Source of the DNA: Muribaculaceae bacterium
GTDB lineage: Bacteria; Bacteroidota; Bacteroidia; Bacteroidales; Muribaculaceae
Length of the DNA: 64,000 nt
NCBI GenBank assembly: GCA_051871275.1
Contig: JBJECR010000116.1
Span: 6,775 to 70,774, forward strand
Direction: 5' to 3'
The first letter of the stretch is position 1. Each line of letters starts with the position of its first letter. The translations under genes and the position numbers were made by a program. Shown piece after piece: positions 55,280-64,000 of the stretch. The notes under the pieces were generated by a model. It worked only from the letters and a program-made list of their open reading frames with translations. It ran no database searches and had not been told where the DNA came from.

Positions 55280-56641
55280 TCACTTTATCATACCCGGATT
55301 TTCCGCTTGCATGTCTTCCGGCAAGTTTTCTTTTTCATCTGCATTTTCTTCCTTCTTGGCAGACATTGCAGCCGTACGGCTCACGCTCAGCATAATACCA
55401 AAGGCAAAAGACGTGACAAGGATTGACGTTCCACCTTTTGATATCATTGGCAAGGGCTGACCGGAAACAGGGAAAAATCCGGTATTGATGCCTATATGGA
55501 ACAGTGCTTCAAACACTATAAACACAGCCATTCCTATAATCATCATTGCAGGATAAGCACGGCGGCAACGTGATGCTATTCGTCCGGCTCGGAAAAGAAT
55601 GGAGAGATATATCACCAGCACTATTATACCGCCTACAAATCCCCAGTCTTCCACCACTATAGAGTAAATATAGTCAATGTTCGGCAGCGGCAATCGCGAC
55701 ACCTCGCGGGAGTTGCCCGGTCCGTTGCCTATCACGCCTCCATGTGCCTGAGCCATACGTGAATAAACCACCTGGCGATTTTCGTCTGTGATAGGTTGCT
55801 CGTAAAGCGGAACGGTGTCACCATTCAGCCAGCGGTCCAGACGTGCCGTCCAAGTGCCGGAACGACCGAAAATGCCGTTTTTTTTCTCCTTGGCTTCTGC
55901 AGTTTGGACTTGTTCACCGGCTGTTTGTACATCTGACGGTGCTGCCTGAACCACTTCCGTAGTCTGCTCTTTTTTGTCTTTTGAATCACCACTCTTGATA
56001 AGTGAATGGATAAAAAGCACGCCTACACCTATCATCATATACACCACCAGCAAAAGTCCCAGATGCTTCCAGCGTATGCCACCCAAAAACATCATTGACA
56101 CTGATATTGCCATAAGCAAAACGGTGTTTGTAAGTCCCTGAGTGATAAGCAATCCGCCAAACACGGCAACACATATTGCTATGATTCGTACTCCTCTCGC
56201 GGATAGTTTCTTTTCCTTGTCTTGCGATTTTGATGCCACAAGGGCTATCACCGCTACTGCAGAAAGTTTTATAAATTCCGACGATTGCAACTGGAAACCT
56301 AAAATTTCTATTGAGCGAACGGCATTGTTTGCACCAAAACCAAAAAGAAATACAACAATAGCCAATATAATACTTAATAATACCATAAGCGGCGTTAGCG
56401 GCAATAAATGGCGATAATTAAGCCTTGACGTGGCAAATGTTACAGCAACTCCCAGGGCAAGCGTGATGCCATGCCTGATTATCGGACCGAATATATTGTT
56501 CGGACTTACTTCCGGCGATGATGCACTGCTCACCTCTATTATAGAGATGAAAACAAGTGCCAGGTATGCTCCCCAGATGTACTTGTCCGCAGGACGGGAA
56601 AATTCCGTGCTGCTCGGGTTTGTTGTTTCTGCTGTTGCCAT
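55280..56641 (-). CDS. ftsW: SEDS-family peptidoglycan glycosyltransferase FtsW.
   Basis: Polytopic membrane protein with QPLPMISKGGTS. Located in the dcw cluster between murD and murG. Confidence 0.9.
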   Translation of the reverse strand: MATAETTNPSSTEFSRPADKYIWGAYLALVFISIIEVSSASSPEVSPNNIFGPIIRHGITLALGVAVTFATSRLNYRHLLPLTPLMVLLSIILAIVVFLFGFGANNAVRSIEILGFQLQSSEFIKLSAVAVIALVASKSQDKEKKLSARGVRIIAICVAVFGGLLITQGLTNTVLLMAISVSMMFLGGIRWKHLGLLLVVYMMIGVGVLFIHSLIKSGDSKDKKEQTTEVVQAAPSDVQTAGEQVQTAEAKEKKNGIFGRSGTWTARLDRWLNGDTVPLYEQPITDENRQVVYSRMAQAHGGVIGNGPGNSREVSRLPLPNIDYIYSIVVEDWGFVGGIIVLVIYLSILFRAGRIASRCRRAYPAMMIIGMAVFIVFEALFHIGINTGFFPVSGQPLPMISKGGTSILVTSFAFGIMLSVSRTAAMSAKKEENADEKENLPEDMQAENPGMIK

Positions 56642-56653
56642 TGTTTTCCGGTT

Positions 56654-58012
56654 TTATAGCGCTTTTACGGCATCCTTAAATTGGCGACCGCGATCCTCAT
56701 AGCTCTTGAAGAGGTCAAAACTTGCACAGCAGGGTGAAAGAAGCACGGTGTCGCCTTCCGTAGCCGCATTTTTGCAAGCAGTGACTGCATCTGCAAGCGA
56801 ATGAGTATCAATCACTTGCACCGTATCGCCAAAAAAGTCCACAATTTTCTTGTTGTCTTTGCCCATTGCCACGATAGTTTTCACTCTTTCCTGCACAAGC
56901 GGCAAAATCTCCGTGTAGTCATTGCCCTTGTCTTTTCCGCCAAGGATAAGCACGGTGGTTTTGCTCTTTGGCATGCTTTCCAGAGCATACCAGCAAGAAT
57001 TTACGTTTGTGGCTTTGGAATCGTTTATATAGCGAACACCGTCAACGTCTTTCACGTATTCCAAACGGTGTTCCACACCTGCAAAGTCTGAAAGTGAACG
57101 GCGTATATCTTCCTTTTTCACGTCAAGAAGACAGCCGGAAAGACCTGCCGCCATAGAGTTGAAAAGATTATGCAGTCCCGTCAGAGCAAGGTCCGCACGC
57201 GGCATTTTGAGTGACGTTTCCGGAGTGTTCAAAATGAGTTCTTCATCATCGTCAACGAATGCGGCACTGCCTGCATGGCGATGCTCCGCAAACGGGTAGA
57301 GGTGTGCCTCTGTGGTGATATGTTTGAACTGGTCCATAATCACAGGATCGTCCTGCCAGTAGATAATGGCGTCCTGTGATGTCATATTGTTTATGATTCT
57401 GAATTTGGCTTTTACGTAGTTTTGCATCTGATAGTCGTAGCGGTCCAAGTGGTCCGGTGTGATGTTCATCAGCACAGCCACGTTAGCCTTGAAATGATAC
57501 ATATTTTCAAGTTGGAAACTGCTGAGTTCTATCACATAAACGTCGTGCTTCTCCGTTGCTACCTGGTACGCGAGCGAGCGTCCCACATTTCCTGCAAGAC
57601 CCACATTTACACCTGCATCGGAGAGAATATGATACGTGAGCAGTGTTGTGGTGGTTTTGCCGTTACTACCTGTGATACAAACCATTTTTGCATCCGTGTA
57701 CCTGCCTGCAAATTCAATTTCAGAAATCACGGGAATGTTTTTCTCCGCAATTTTACGCATAATGGGAGATGTTGGCGGAATACCCGGGCTTTTTATCACC
57801 TCATCTGCATTGAGGATGAGTTCTTCCGTGTGCTTACCTTCTTCAAAAGGAATTTCGTATTTTTCCAGCATATCGCGGTACTTCTGCGATATTGCTCCAA
57901 AATCACTTAAAAACAAATCAAAACCTTTCACCTTGGCAAGCACTGCAGCACCCACACCGCTTTCGCCGCCGCCAAGGATTACGATACGTCTTTTATTACC
58001 TTCTGTAGCCAT
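56654..58012 (-). CDS. murD: UDP-N-acetylmuramoylalanine--D-glutamate ligase.
   Basis: GGGESGVGAA, ITGSNGKTTT and NDSKATN. Confidence 0.95.
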   Translation of the reverse strand: MATEGNKRRIVILGGGESGVGAAVLAKVKGFDLFLSDFGAISQKYRDMLEKYEIPFEEGKHTEELILNADEVIKSPGIPPTSPIMRKIAEKNIPVISEIEFAGRYTDAKMVCITGSNGKTTTTLLTYHILSDAGVNVGLAGNVGRSLAYQVATEKHDVYVIELSSFQLENMYHFKANVAVLMNITPDHLDRYDYQMQNYVKAKFRIINNMTSQDAIIYWQDDPVIMDQFKHITTEAHLYPFAEHRHAGSAAFVDDDEELILNTPETSLKMPRADLALTGLHNLFNSMAAGLSGCLLDVKKEDIRRSLSDFAGVEHRLEYVKDVDGVRYINDSKATNVNSCWYALESMPKSKTTVLILGGKDKGNDYTEILPLVQERVKTIVAMGKDNKKIVDFFGDTVQVIDTHSLADAVTACKNAATEGDTVLLSPCCASFDLFKSYEDRGRQFKDAVKAL

Positions 58013-58068
58013 TGTAATATGTTTTTATTGTCTTTATTGTCTATTGCTTGTCCTTAAAAATCAACGTT

Positions 58069-59334
58069 TTACCTTATCTTAAGCGTTACAAATGTCATAA
58101 CGGCAAGAATAATGCCAATAATCCAAAAGCGAATCACAATCTTGGATTCCGGCACGGACTGGAGCGGTTTCTGGATAAGTGCGTCTATTCCACTGTTTCC
58201 GGGTTTCTGGAAATGGTGGTGAAGCGGCGTCATTTTGAATACTCGCTTGCCTTCACCAAACTTTTTCTTTGTAAACTTGAAGTATGCCACTTGAATCATC
58301 ACGGAAATGTCTTCCACAAAGAAAATGGCGCAAAGCAGTGGAATAAGCAGCTCTTTGTGAATCAAAATTGCAAACACGGCTATCACACCGCCGAGGGTGA
58401 GGCTGCCGGTGTCGCCCATAAACACTTGTGCCGGGTACGCATTGTACCACAAGAAACCGATAAGTGCACCGATAAATGCCGCCATATACACCACAAGCTC
58501 CGCAGAGCCGGGGACGTACATTATATTCAGATAGCCGGAATATATAAAGTTGCCGCCAAGGTATGCCATAATAGCAAGTGCCACACCTATTATGGCAGAC
58601 GTTCCCGTTGCCAGTCCGTCAAGTCCGTCTGTCAGGTTTGCACCGTTTGAAGTGGCTGTCACGGCTATTATCGTCACTAAAATAAAGAGTATCCACCCTG
58701 CCGTTTCCGCATAGTCGCCGAGCCAAGATGTGAGATATGTATAGTCAAAGTTATTGTCTTTCACAAAGGGGATTGTGGTGATAGGTGCTTTGATGCTTTC
58801 CGCCTCAAATCCGGCAGAAACGGCTGTCTGTGAAACACGCTGAACCACAGTAACATTCTCACTCACCACCATATCATCGTTAAGGTACATCGTGAGTCCT
58901 ACAATAAGTCCGAGTCCCACCTGACCCACAATTTTGAACTTGCCTTTAAGTCCGTCTTTATTGTGGCGGCTCACCTTGATATAATCGTCAAGAAAACCAA
59001 TGGCGCCAAGCCAAATTGTGGCAAATATCATGAGTTGCATATATGTGCTGGTGAGGTCGCCGAGCAGCAAACACGGCACAAGGATGGAAACAATGATGAT
59101 AACACCACCCATTGTGGGTGTGCCTTGCTTTTTCATTTGTCCTTCCAAATCCAGGTCACGAATTATCTCTCCAACCTGCATTTTCTGCAACTTGTGTATT
59201 ATTTTCTTTCCTATAAAAATGGCTATCAGGAGCGACAACACAAGTGCCGCACCGGAGCGGAATGTGATGTATCCCATAAGTCTTGAACCCGGGAAATCCA
59301 GCCCGTAGAGATAGTCAAACAGATGATATAGCAT
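58069..59334 (-). CDS. mraY: Phospho-N-acetylmuramoyl-pentapeptide transferase.
   Basis: GTPTMGG, NGANLTDGLDGLA, MGDTGSL and PLHHHF. Confidence 0.95.
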   Translation of the reverse strand: MLYHLFDYLYGLDFPGSRLMGYITFRSGAALVLSLLIAIFIGKKIIHKLQKMQVGEIIRDLDLEGQMKKQGTPTMGGVIIIVSILVPCLLLGDLTSTYMQLMIFATIWLGAIGFLDDYIKVSRHNKDGLKGKFKIVGQVGLGLIVGLTMYLNDDMVVSENVTVVQRVSQTAVSAGFEAESIKAPITTIPFVKDNNFDYTYLTSWLGDYAETAGWILFILVTIIAVTATSNGANLTDGLDGLATGTSAIIGVALAIMAYLGGNFIYSGYLNIMYVPGSAELVVYMAAFIGALIGFLWYNAYPAQVFMGDTGSLTLGGVIAVFAILIHKELLIPLLCAIFFVEDISVMIQVAYFKFTKKKFGEGKRVFKMTPLHHHFQKPGNSGIDALIQKPLQSVPESKIVIRFWIIGIILAVMTFVTLKIR

Positions 59335-59398
59335 TTCTTTTTACTGATTTTTTGCGTTTATAAATCTTTTTTACCTGATAATTTTTTGCCACACAACC

Positions 59399-60874
59399 TT
59401 ATTTGTGGTCTTTCTCCAGTTCAAAAATGTCGCGGATTACTTCGCGGTCATCAAAATGGAGTTTTACACCGTTCACGTCTTGATACGTTTCATGACCTTT
59501 TCCTGCCACAAGCACCACATCACCACGCTGTGCAAGCACCGTTGCCACTCGGATTGCCTCTTTTCTGTCCGTAATGGTGAGAGTTTTCCTGCGTAACTGG
59601 TGTGTGTCCAGTCCTGCTTCCATATCCGCCAGAATAGCCTTAGGGTCTTCCGTACGCGGATTGTCGGAGGTGAGAATGAGCCTGTCGCTAAGTTTTGCAG
59701 CCTCGCGTGCCATTATGGGGCGTTTACCTTTGTCACGGTCGCCGCCGGCTCCCACAACGGTGATGATTCTGCCTGTGTTTCCGATAACTTCACGGATTGT
59801 GGTGATAACGTTTTTCACTGCGTCCGGTGTGTGAGCGTAATCCACAATAGCGGTATAGCCTATAACCGGTGACGTGAAAGTCTGGAAACGTCCTGCCACA
59901 GGCACGAGTTTACTCATATTCAGCAGCACTTTTTCATCGTTCCACCCCAGGAGGAGCGAAACGCCGTAAAGTGCGGTGAGATTGTAAGCGTTAAAGCGGC
60001 CTGTAAACATCACTTCCACTTCGCGGCGGTTAAACGTGATGAGAGTGCCGTCAAGTCTCTGCTCCAGGATTCTGCCGTTGTAGTCGCCGAGTTTCTGGAG
60101 TGAATATGTGTGCTTTGACGCAGCAGTGTTCTGGAGCATAACCTGTCCCACTTTGTCGTCAAGGTTCGTGAGTGCGAAAGCGCCTTTTTCAAGGCTGTCG
60201 AAAAACGATTTTTTTGCAGCGAGGTACGCATCCACGGTTTTGTGATAGTCCAGGTGGTCACGAGTAAGGTTTGTGAACACTCCTCCGGCAAATTTCAGCC
60301 CTGCAATTCTATGCTGATGTGCCGCATGGCTGCTCACTTCCATTGCCACGTATTCGCATCCGGCATCCACCATACGATGGAGCAAACCGTTCAGTTCTAT
60401 AGGGTCCGGAGTGGTATGCGTAGCCGCAACCGCTTCCGTATCAACATAGTTCACAACCGTTGAAAGCAGTCCTGCCTTATAGCCGCAGAGACGTGCCATT
60501 TCATAAATAAGCGTAGCGATAGTGGTTTTGCCGTTTGTACCCGTCACGCCCACGAGTTTGAGTTTGCGTGAAGGATTGTCGTACCATTCAGAGGCTATCA
60601 CTCCGAGTGCAATAGCACTGTTTTCCACTGTGACGTATGGCACATTTTCCGGTGTTTCCACCTCATAATCCGCCACAACAGCCACTGCACCGGCTTTCAC
60701 GGCATCACCGATAAATGTGTGTCCGTCCACGTTCACGCCGCGGACTGCCACAAAAAGCATACCCGGTTTCACACTGCGTGAATCCGACGTAATGCCCTCT
60801 ATTTGTATATCCTTATTGCCTTTTACGGCTTTAGGATTTATGTTTTCTATCAGTATTCCTAATGACTTTGACAT
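59399..60874 (-). CDS. murE: UDP-N-acetylmuramoyl-L-alanyl-D-glutamate--2,6-diaminopimelate ligase.
   Basis: GVTGTNGKTT, DYAHTPDA and LTSDNPR. Confidence 0.95.
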   Translation of the reverse strand: MSKSLGILIENINPKAVKGNKDIQIEGITSDSRSVKPGMLFVAVRGVNVDGHTFIGDAVKAGAVAVVADYEVETPENVPYVTVENSAIALGVIASEWYDNPSRKLKLVGVTGTNGKTTIATLIYEMARLCGYKAGLLSTVVNYVDTEAVAATHTTPDPIELNGLLHRMVDAGCEYVAMEVSSHAAHQHRIAGLKFAGGVFTNLTRDHLDYHKTVDAYLAAKKSFFDSLEKGAFALTNLDDKVGQVMLQNTAASKHTYSLQKLGDYNGRILEQRLDGTLITFNRREVEVMFTGRFNAYNLTALYGVSLLLGWNDEKVLLNMSKLVPVAGRFQTFTSPVIGYTAIVDYAHTPDAVKNVITTIREVIGNTGRIITVVGAGGDRDKGKRPIMAREAAKLSDRLILTSDNPRTEDPKAILADMEAGLDTHQLRRKTLTITDRKEAIRVATVLAQRGDVVLVAGKGHETYQDVNGVKLHFDDREVIRDIFELEKDHK

Positions 60875-60919
60875 TTACCTTTATTTTTCCTTTTGATTTT
60901 GATTCAAAATTATGTTTTT

Positions 60920-63034
60920 TCAGTTTAGGGTAAGTGTAATCGTCGTGCCTCGCTCGGCTCTCTGTCCGGGTGCCGGCGACTGGCTCACAACGTAACCCGT
61001 ACCTACCGTTTTAACGTTATATCCACACAGTTCCACACGTTTTATAGCTTCACGCAGTCCCATGGAAACCACATTCGGCACCAATCCGCGACGCAATGTG
61101 TCCGGCATGGCTTTCGGGCAAATAATACCCGTGATATCCGTAACGGACTCGTAAGTTTTCGCATCTGCAGTGCGGAAAATGTGTGCTTTATCGTCTTTTT
61201 TCTTTTCGTCTTCCTCTATTTCCATTTTGCCGAGATAGCCGCGTGCGTACATTTTTTCCGCCATTCGTCCTATCACCACACCGCAGGACCTACCCGGAGA
61301 AACAGACCTTGCAACCACGTCGTCAAAAATTACGAGCATGGTGTACTGCGGGTTGTCGTAAGGAAACATTCCGCAGAAAGAAAGGCGCTGATTTGAACCG
61401 GAATAACCTTTTCCCGGCTGAGTTTCCTTAAATGCAGTACCGGTTTTTCCGGCAATAGGAATCTTGAACTGCCTCATACCGAATGATGCCGTACCCTCCG
61501 TAACCACGGCACGCATACACTTGCGAACCTGGCGTGCATGATCCTCCGTGCAAATGCGGTCTCGGATGTAAGACACCGGATTTTCTATCACCGTATCCGG
61601 ACTTATAAGTTCCGTGTAAAGTCTCGGACGGACGTACTTTCCGTCGTTCGCAATGGCATTGTAAAGCGATATGAGCGAAATAGGCGTAAATGCAATTCCG
61701 TAGCCGTAAGACATCTGAGCAAGCATGTCTTTCTTAAAATTTTTCGGAATAAAAGGCAATACTGCATTTCCGATACCGATGTTCATTGGCTCGAAAAAGC
61801 CCATATCTTCGTATCTCTTGCGGTAAAGCGGAGGATTTTCCGGGTATGGCGACTTAGGGTCAAACACCATTCTCACCATACCTGAGTTTTCAGACTTCTT
61901 GATGATATCAATGCTGGAGGCATAATCCGTGTGCAAATAGTGGCGTGCTATCGGCTTTGCTCTGCCCGGAACCTTTATGGAGCGAATATCTCTTAAAGAT
62001 TCCACATCCTTCACAATTCCGTCTTCCAGCATAATCATTAGCGTGATTGGCTTAAGTGTGGAACCGGACTCGTAGCGTCCTTCAAAACAATAGTTCATTG
62101 CCTCTATAAACTCTCCGTTTTTGTTGTCAAAATTTGAGATTGCGAGTATATCACCCGTTTTGACTTCCATAAGAATGGCACATGCCATAGACGGTTTACT
62201 CGGCATTGCATCAGACTTCATCAAGTCCAGCATAGTATTGTCCAGCAAATCTTGCAGAGTGACATCAATAGTGGTTTTCACATCATATCCTCGCACAGGA
62301 GGCTCTATCACCCAGTCGTTTGCACCTTTGGTAAAAAGCTGAGGACGGCTTTTTCCCGGCTTGCCTCGCAGAAGTGAATCCAGTGCCGCTTCAAGTCCCC
62401 ATTTTCCGAATACTCTGTCGCCGGATTCCTTTTCCATTCCCACTGCACCGATAGAGCGGCGTGCCATTTCTCCGCAAGGACGAACCCTCACGGCTCTTGC
62501 CACCATTTTCTTCATTCCGGCACGTGAACGATAGCGGAAAGCGGAATCTTTATCGCAGTGATAGAGCGGAAATTTTTTCACAGTGAGGTACTGCGAATAA
62601 TTCATTCCGGAAATAACCTTGAAATAATACGGACGACTTTTTCTATCCGATATTTTCAGCGGTTGGGTCAAAGTATCCATCCAATGCTCGCGTGTGCCGG
62701 ATTCCGGAAAAGTCTGCACAAGTCTATCCACAAATTTGGGCAGTTCTCGGACAAATTTTTCTTCATCCTGCACATCACGGTAGTCTATCACCAAGTCATA
62801 CACCATCATATTCGTGGCAAGGATACTTCCATCGCGAGCAAGGATATTTCCTCGCTCCGCCTGTTCTTCTTTCACTCTTTGAAATTCTTTTTTTGCTTTC
62901 TCATTGTAGTTCGGAGCTTCTATCACGGTGTTATAGAACAGTTTATACACCATTCCTGCAGACACTAAAAGAAAAGCTGCCGCAATAATCAAGTATCTGG
63001 CTATAATATTCCCGTTTCCTTTACTTTTCTTCAT
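60920..63034 (-). CDS. ftsI: Class B penicillin-binding protein (FtsI/PBP3-type) with a C-terminal PASTA-like domain.
   Basis: N-terminal TM helix. Transpeptidase motifs are STLKP (SxxK), SEN (SxN) and KTGT. The final ~65 aa (VPNVVSMGLREAIKRVELCGYNVKTVGTGYVVSQSPAPGQ...ITLTL) are PASTA-like. Confidence 0.9.
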   Translation of the reverse strand: MKKSKGNGNIIARYLIIAAAFLLVSAGMVYKLFYNTVIEAPNYNEKAKKEFQRVKEEQAERGNILARDGSILATNMMVYDLVIDYRDVQDEEKFVRELPKFVDRLVQTFPESGTREHWMDTLTQPLKISDRKSRPYYFKVISGMNYSQYLTVKKFPLYHCDKDSAFRYRSRAGMKKMVARAVRVRPCGEMARRSIGAVGMEKESGDRVFGKWGLEAALDSLLRGKPGKSRPQLFTKGANDWVIEPPVRGYDVKTTIDVTLQDLLDNTMLDLMKSDAMPSKPSMACAILMEVKTGDILAISNFDNKNGEFIEAMNYCFEGRYESGSTLKPITLMIMLEDGIVKDVESLRDIRSIKVPGRAKPIARHYLHTDYASSIDIIKKSENSGMVRMVFDPKSPYPENPPLYRKRYEDMGFFEPMNIGIGNAVLPFIPKNFKKDMLAQMSYGYGIAFTPISLISLYNAIANDGKYVRPRLYTELISPDTVIENPVSYIRDRICTEDHARQVRKCMRAVVTEGTASFGMRQFKIPIAGKTGTAFKETQPGKGYSGSNQRLSFCGMFPYDNPQYTMLVIFDDVVARSVSPGRSCGVVIGRMAEKMYARGYLGKMEIEEDEKKKDDKAHIFRTADAKTYESVTDITGIICPKAMPDTLRRGLVPNVVSMGLREAIKRVELCGYNVKTVGTGYVVSQSPAPGQRAERGTTITLTLN

Positions 63035-63404
63035 AGTCTTCGTACTTTAACTCATAAACGGGATTTTTTGCCACTTGCAAATTAAGGTTCAGCGAATCCA
63101 CAAGTTGCTGCATATTTTTCTCACGAATGTTGGACATATACTTGCCTTTCTCGTAAAGTGCTCGCGTGCTTACGTCTTCACGATTCTGCTCCAAAACGTT
63201 TATTATCTCCATTCGTGTCACACAATAGTATCTGCTGGAAATGTAAAGTATTGACAGAAACAACACACCAAGCAGAACTCTCCAATATTTCTTGAAAAAT
63301 TCCTGCGACAACAGTCTGCCGTAAAATGTCTTTCTCAGCACTGTTGACTCTTTTGCCACGGATTGACGCTTGTTTTTGCCTTCTTCCATTTTTTCACTTT
63401 CCAT
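63021..63404 (-). CDS. ftsL: FtsL-like small bitopic cell-division protein.
   Basis: 127 aa with one TM helix (WRVLLGVLFLSILYISS). Located between rsmH and the PBP gene. Confidence 0.6.
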   Translation of the reverse strand: MESEKMEEGKNKRQSVAKESTVLRKTFYGRLLSQEFFKKYWRVLLGVLFLSILYISSRYYCVTRMEIINVLEQNREDVSTRALYEKGKYMSNIREKNMQQLVDSLNLNLQVAKNPVYELKYEDYEEK

Positions 63405-63407
63405 TTT

Positions 63408-64000
63408 TTACTCTTCCACAACCTCCGCTATTCTCATTTTGGCACTTCTGGAACGTGGATTTGCTTCCACTTCCGCTGCGTCCGGCACTATGGGCTTGGA
63501 CGTGATAAGTTTCAGCGGCGAGAGATTTCTACCGTAAAAGTCTTTCTCCACGTTGCCCTCAATGTTGCCTGTTTTCATAAAGTTTTTCACAAGTCGGTCT
63601 TCCAGAGAATGATACGTTATCACCACCAGTCTGCCACCGGGCTTCAGCACCTTGAGCGACTGCGAGAGAAAGTGCTTGAGAGCTGTCATCTCGTCGTTTA
63701 CCTCTATTCTCAATGCCTGAAAAACTTGTGCAAGTTCTTTTTTCTCCTGTTTGGGATTTATATGCGGGCGGATTGCGGAAAGCAGCTGCTCTACGGTTTT
63801 TATTTCGTTTTCATTTCTGAATTTCACTATCGCAGAAGCTAATTTTCTGGACTGTCGCAGTTCACCGTAAAGGTAAAACATATCTGCAAGCGCTTCTTCA
63901 CTGTAGCCGTTTATCACCGCCGCCGCATCTTTTGCAGCACCGCGATTCATTCGCATGTCCAGTTTTCCCTCCCAGCGAAACGAAAAACCTCGCTCCGGGT
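63408..64000 (-). CDS. rsmH: 16S rRNA (cytosine1402-N4)-methyltransferase RsmH, N-terminally truncated by the window edge.
   Basis: The frame stays open upstream of the ORF-track Met to nt 64000 (..PERGFSFRWEGKLDMRMN..). The LDMRM and ITYHSLEDR signatures are present. Confidence 0.9.
   Translation of the reverse strand, partial: PERGFSFRWEGKLDMRMNRGAAKDAAAVINGYSEEALADMFYLYGELRQSRKLASAIVKFRNENEIKTVEQLLSAIRPHINPKQEKKELAQVFQALRIEVNDEMTALKHFLSQSLKVLKPGGRLVVITYHSLEDRLVKNFMKTGNIEGNVEKDFYGRNLSPLKLITSKPIVPDAAEVEANPRSRSAKMRIAEVVEE

Noticed and set aside
49073-64000. The dcw cluster lacks murF, ddl and mraZ within the window.
   Set aside because: The order rsmH-ftsL-pbp-murE-mraY-murD-ftsW-murG-murC-ftsQ-ftsA-ftsZ without murF or ddl is usual for Bacteroidota as far as I know. 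mraZ, if present, would lie beyond the window edge.

Overview
The window looks like a Bacteroidota chromosome, probably Bacteroidales or Prevotella-like. This is inferred from the T9SS C-terminal sorting domains, TAnnTTTG-type promoter boxes, a DUF2723/DUF4271/DUF4143 gene repertoire, and a dcw cluster lacking murF and ddl. It has three parts.

(i) 1-8.2 kb, plus strand: an accessory module with no visible integrase or transposase. A 5'-truncated ORF with an acidic tail is translationally coupled to an SF1 helicase-PIN fusion and an AlbA_2/HATPase_c_4 protein. An XRE regulator follows, then a 948-aa AEP primase-polymerase / SF2 DExH helicase / degenerate PLD-like fusion.

(ii) 8.2-20.3 kb, minus strand: an AT-rich island and the most interesting part. 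One co-directional gene string (19774 down to 9797) encodes:
- a 25 x 34-aa WG-repeat protein with no signal peptide;
- two small unknown proteins;
- a RiPP-like operon: a 77-aa precursor with a microviridin-like leader motif, an MdnC/MvdD-type ATP-grasp, a GNAT-like protein, a radical SAM/SPASM enzyme, and a 547-aa Cys-rich protein;
- a PD-(D/E)XK-family protein.

The island is bracketed by two diverged copies of a ~330-390 nt non-coding element. They share ordered sequence blocks and a compensatory long-range helix.

(iii) 20.3-64 kb: mostly core genes. These are secDF, recQ-recJ, queG, a DUF2723 glycosyltransferase-like protein, two T9SS cargo proteins, yidD-rnpA-hemD-like, and the dcw cluster rsmH-ftsL-ftsI-murE-mraY-murD-ftsW-murG-murC-ftsQ-ftsA-ftsZ. 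Interspersed are three orphan STAND-like/AAA ATPases and a Fic gene, each preceded by its own tandem or inverted repeats, and an AT-rich type II restriction-modification islet.

No rRNA, tRNA, CRISPR array or recognisable IS element was found. All functional calls come from motif reading of the supplied translations; no database search was run.
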